This document shows, one piece after another, positions 59,901 through 64,000 of a DNA stretch of 64,000 bases. How positions within the stretch are numbered: position 1 is the first letter of the stretch; each line of letters begins with the position of its first letter. Position numbers and translations under genes: made by a program. Source of the stretch: Squalus acanthias (Eukaryota); NCBI GenBank assembly GCA_030390025.1, contig CM059432.1, positions 132,062,001 through 132,126,000 of the forward strand, read 5' to 3'. The notes under the pieces were generated by a model. That model saw only the letters and a list, made by a program, of their open reading frames with translations. It made no database searches and had not been told where the DNA came from.

Positions 59901-60479
59901 TAATGCTCCTGTGAAGCGCCTTGGGAAATTTTTCTCTGTTCAAGGCGCCATATAAATGCAAGTTGTTGTTGCTGCAGCTTGGAGAGATGAATATGTTGGA
60001 GTACTTTTGTTGGTTTTGATTTCAATGCTGTTTTCTCCAGTTAAGAGTTGTGATAAAAGGCCTTGTATGCAACACTGTATAGGAGTCACTTGATAAAGAT
60101 GGCTTCATTTGGCAAAGTTCTTAATGGGATTGTGTCCTTAGGTGACTCTTTTCCCACCCATTGTGATAATGGCCACCCCGCTTTCAAAGAATGAGCAAGT
60201 GCTTTTTTAATAAGGTGGGTATTTATTATTCTATACTATACAAGCTCCTTTTGCATTGTCCCTATCAGACATATCCATTTATCCAAATAAATTAAAGGAA
60301 AAACCCAAGACATTAATATAGTTATGGATAATACAACTGGGTGTTTTATCGTTAGAATTGTTGTGCATCTCAGATCCATTTAGATGAACTGAAAGGTTGC
60401 AGGTTACTATACCTCACTGTACTGATTCGAATGCCAGGCCATGGTACAATACTTATCCAGTCTTCATCTTCCCAACCCT

Positions 60480-61200
60480 CCCAGGAAAGCACGCAGTCAC
60501 TCAACACCCCAGTCTCCATCAGGAGCTCTATCTGGCAGTAAAATTCTGCCAATCTGAGAAAGCCTCTGGGCCAAATTGTGACCTTGCTAAGTTTTACAAG
60601 ACCCTACTCCAAATGCTCATTCCCTTCCTACTGAAACAAAGACCTTTCCAGACACCCTCAGGGCAGCCACAATGACATTAATGCACAAAGGAAGGGAAGG
60701 ATTCCACTCCGTGCTTATACAGACCTATATCCCTTTGCAGTGCTGACTATAATATATTGGCCCAGCACTTGGCCTCCAGACTAGATGTAGTTACCCCTGG
60801 GCTAGTTCATGCAGACCAAATAGGCTTTATACAGAGGCAACATCAGGTGGCTATTAAATGTGATGCATCACTATAATAACACCAACACGCCTACCTTAGT
60901 ACTTTCCATTGAAACAGCAAAGGCATTTGACCAGGTCAAGTGGAATCTCCGCCTTGTGATAATAGAGAGAATGGCGTCACTCTGCTGCATTTTGAAATTC
61001 CACCACGCTACAGTCGAGACTCAGCACATTCCAGAAGTGGATTACAATCCTGGCCTCTTGCCCCATATTCAGTGTGCACCAATGGCCTCATCTGCCTTGC
61101 GTTCCCTCTCCCTCAAGGGACCAGACAGAAATGCCCTCTTTATTCCCCTCTCATATTTGTACTGGCAAACATGCATCAGAGTAACTCCAGGCATTGACGG
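60480..61200 (+). mobile_element. Old L1/Tx1-clade LINE RT remnant
   Basis: KASGPN, YRPISLCSADYNILAQHLASRL..LVHADQIGFI, VLSIETAKAFDQVKW and QGTRQKCPL.SPLIF occur across frames. Confidence 0.7.
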
Positions 61201-62334
61201 AGCACTGGCAGGAGGGGAAAAAATGAAAGACAGGAAAAACATGGTGATCCAGACATGGTGCAACCTAGATGCATATCAAACACTCTTTCCCCCACCCACC
61301 CCCTGTCACACAATCTCTCGGGAGAGACAATAAAACTTAAGCCAACTAGAAAAAAACAATGGCAAATTCCTTTCCCAAACCCCCAAAGGCAATCGAGCAA
61401 GATCTAATCAAGCAAGTAACTGATATCCATGATTACAGCTACCCATCACCTATTTCCTTTAACATGAGATGCCCTTAACTCTCCGGAACTTGCCCAGCTC
61501 TCTTTTGAAGGACTGCAGTGAATCCATACTTACCACATTTCAGTAGTCTGATTAAAAGTCAGTGACTCTCTGATGAGAAACATTTCCTGCCATCTAGCCT
61601 AACTTTGATTTCATATTTTCTATTGCTGCCCCACTCCCCCACCCCCATTTGCCCATCCCTATCCAGCTTAAATAACCTATCCACTCGAGCAGAATCTATT
61701 CCTTTTCATTATTTTAAAAATCTTATCACCTCTAAGTCTATCTAGCAGCATCCCCTAATGAACCCCTCCCAAATTGCCCCTCATTTTTGAGAAATCTGGC
61801 ACTAATTAAATTATCAGCAGCAGTAGATTCCCATATCAACTAAAATCTGATGATGCTATGATGACTGTTGCTCACATTGTTTCCCCCCCACCCCCCCACA
61901 TGGAGGTCCGATACCATCGTAGGATCATTGCTAAGAACTTAATCTAGGAAATTATTTGCTACTCTCACCGATTTAACAAGAAGTTCAGTGTCCTTTGAAA
62001 TGACATTAGTTGTGATCTAAGATCACGTAACAGGGTGGACCGCACAACGGCTGTCATCATCCACCCCCCTATCATTCATTCTTTGCAAACAGTGGACAAC
62101 CATCAATCGCCTCAGAACCGATCATGGTAGATGCCGCCACCTTCTCCATAGATGGAAGGTTAAAGCACCCCCATCATACGACTGTGGAGCTCCTAATCAG
62201 ACCCTGGAGCACATCATTGAGCACTGCCCTCAGAGGAAATTCGCAGGCAGCCAACAAGATATCCACGCTGTTACACCAGAAGCTTTGGCCTGGATATCGG
62301 ACTTAGATATTAATATTTAATTTTTTTTTAAATT

Positions 62335-63140
62335 CGCAAGGCCAGCATTTATTGCCCATCCCTAATTGCCCTCGAGAAGGTGGTGGTGGTGAACCGCTGC
62401 AGTCAGTGTGGTGATGGTACTCCCACAGTGCTGTTAGGTAGGGAGTTCCAGGATTTTGATCCAGCGACGATGAAGGATCGGCGATATACTTCCAAGTCAG
62501 GATGGTGTGTGACTTGGAGGGGAACTTGGAGGTGGTGGTGTTCCCATGCGCCTGCTGCCCTTCTAGGTGGAAGAGGTCGTGGGTTTGGGAGGTGCTGCCA
62601 AAGAAGCCTTGACGAGTTGCTGCAGTGCATCTTGTAGATGGTGTACACTGCAGCCACAGTGCGCCTGTGGTGGAGGGAGTGAATGCTTAAGGTGGTGGTT
62701 TGGGTGCCAATCAAGCGGGCTGCTTTGTCCTGGATGGTGTCGAGCTTCTTGAGTGTTATTGGAGCTGCACTCATCCAGGCAAGTGGAGAGTATTCCATCA
62801 CACTCCTTACTTGTGCCTTGTAGATGGCGGAAAGGCTTTGGGGAGTCAAGAGGTGAGACACTCGTCGCAGAATACCTAGCCTCTGACCTGCTCTTGTAGC
62901 CACAGTATTTATGAGGCTGGTCCAGTTAAGTTTCTGGTCAATGGTGACCCCCAGGATGATGTTGATGGGGGATTCGGCGATGGTAATGGCGTTGAATGTC
63001 AAGGGGCAGCGGTTAGACTCTCGCTTGTTGGAGATAGTCATTGCCTGGCACTTGTGTGGCGTGAATGTTACCTGCCACTTATCAGTCCAAGCCTGAACGT
63101 CGTCCAGGTCTTGTTGCATTCGGGCATGGACTGCTTCATT
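62335..63140 (-). mobile_element. CR1-group LINE 3' portion, same family as 33712-35765
   Basis: The C-terminal part of ORF 62403-63356 reads WQVTFTPHKCQAM...LGVTIDQKLNW...YKAQVRSVMEYSPLAW. Confidence 0.85.
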
Positions 63141-63595
63141 TATCTTTTTTTTTGCTACTGCCATACGAAAGAAGAGGAGTAAATTATTTTCCCTGGGATT
63201 CTTTGTGACAAGCTGAATAAGAAAATAATCATTAATGATATTCACCAATATTTCTGCCCCACCTCCCTCAAGATTTGACTGATCCCAATCAGACCACTGA
63301 ATAGCTGGGTAATTAATACTGATCCTACCCTGTTCTGTAGCCCTTCTGATTTGCACACAAAGTGCTTCATCTTGAACTCTTGACCTGGAGACATGTAGCA
63401 GGCACCAGTGGTCAATTTAGTGCCAACTGCTTGATCCAGCTGCACGCAGATTGCTTTAATTCCTTCCTGCAGCCAATATCTTTCTCTCAAGAAAACTACG
63501 TCCTCCTTAATGATCCAAGCTCCATCCTCTCTCTTCTGTACTTGAAAGCAGGTGAGGAAAGTCAGCCGCTGTAGTAATGCCTACTGGGAGTGGGG

Positions 63596-63734
63596 CAACG
63601 TTCCCTTTAAGCTGCGCTGCCGAGTGGTCTGGGGCTCCCGCGCAGGCCGCTTGCCGGCTTTTCAATTGGAATAACCACTCTGACGCGAAAATTTGAAGGG
63701 GCCGCGCACCCAAAAAAAATGACAGGCAACGTTG
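63596..63734. mobile_element. Short hAT-like MITE (same family as 4765-4927)
   Basis: CAACGTTCCCTTTAAGCTGCGC...GGCAACGTTG, with shared internal gtggtctggggctcccgcgcagg and aaatttgaa. No TSD is recognisable. Confidence 0.6.
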
Positions 63735-64000
63735 CTCGGGCTTTCTGGCTGCTTTCCAAAAACGCCAATTCCTATGCTCCTCTTCGTGCATTTTCAGAAT
63801 GCAGCTACTTTATTTTCTGCATGGCTCTAGCAGGTGGGGCCCCCAGGTCCCACTCTGATCCTCCAATCCAAGTGGGGCTGGGTGCAAGGCCGAAGGCGCG
63901 TTTCTTCTGAGCGTGCCTCCAAATGGGTGGCCACCTGTAAGCTCATGGATGGCAGAGGCCTTGCTCACAAGTGAACGGACATTCTGGAGGGAGATGCGGA

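Noticed and set aside
62403..63356. 317-aa ORF as an intact gene
   Set aside because: A chance fusion of a LINE RT C-terminus with an unrelated older LINE endonuclease remnant upstream of 63140.

Overview
This is eukaryotic, repeat-dense vertebrate DNA. The repeat inventory (HE1/V-type SINEs, Deu-domain SINEs, LF-SINE-like elements, abundant CR1 and L2 LINEs, Penelope-like elements) points to a cartilaginous fish. The only host coding sequence I found is one 193-bp exon (38767-38959, +) of a BMP5/6/7/8-subfamily gene, most like BMP7 exon 2, so the window is probably introns 1 and 2 of that gene. The main structure is a complete 4.3-kb PIF/Harbinger transposon (51631-55925) inserted into an L2 LINE, with a TTA target-site duplication and 16-bp TIRs. 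It carries a DDE transposase and a convergent three-exon Myb/SANT-like partner gene that the ORF track shows only in pieces. It also has overlapping 3' ends, subterminal TTAGCGCC-type motifs and a 5 x 54-bp tandem array in an intron. Two Penelope-associated minimal hammerhead ribozymes show compensatory base changes, and a third is degenerate. There are several Harbinger-like and hAT-like MITE families, deep nested insertions, and RTE, Vingi-like and L1/Tx1 remnants. Most ORFs in the ORF track are spurious or LINE fragments. Repeat boundaries were read by eye and are approximate unless TIRs, TSDs or splice sites are quoted. Family names come from recalled consensus similarity, not from database searches.
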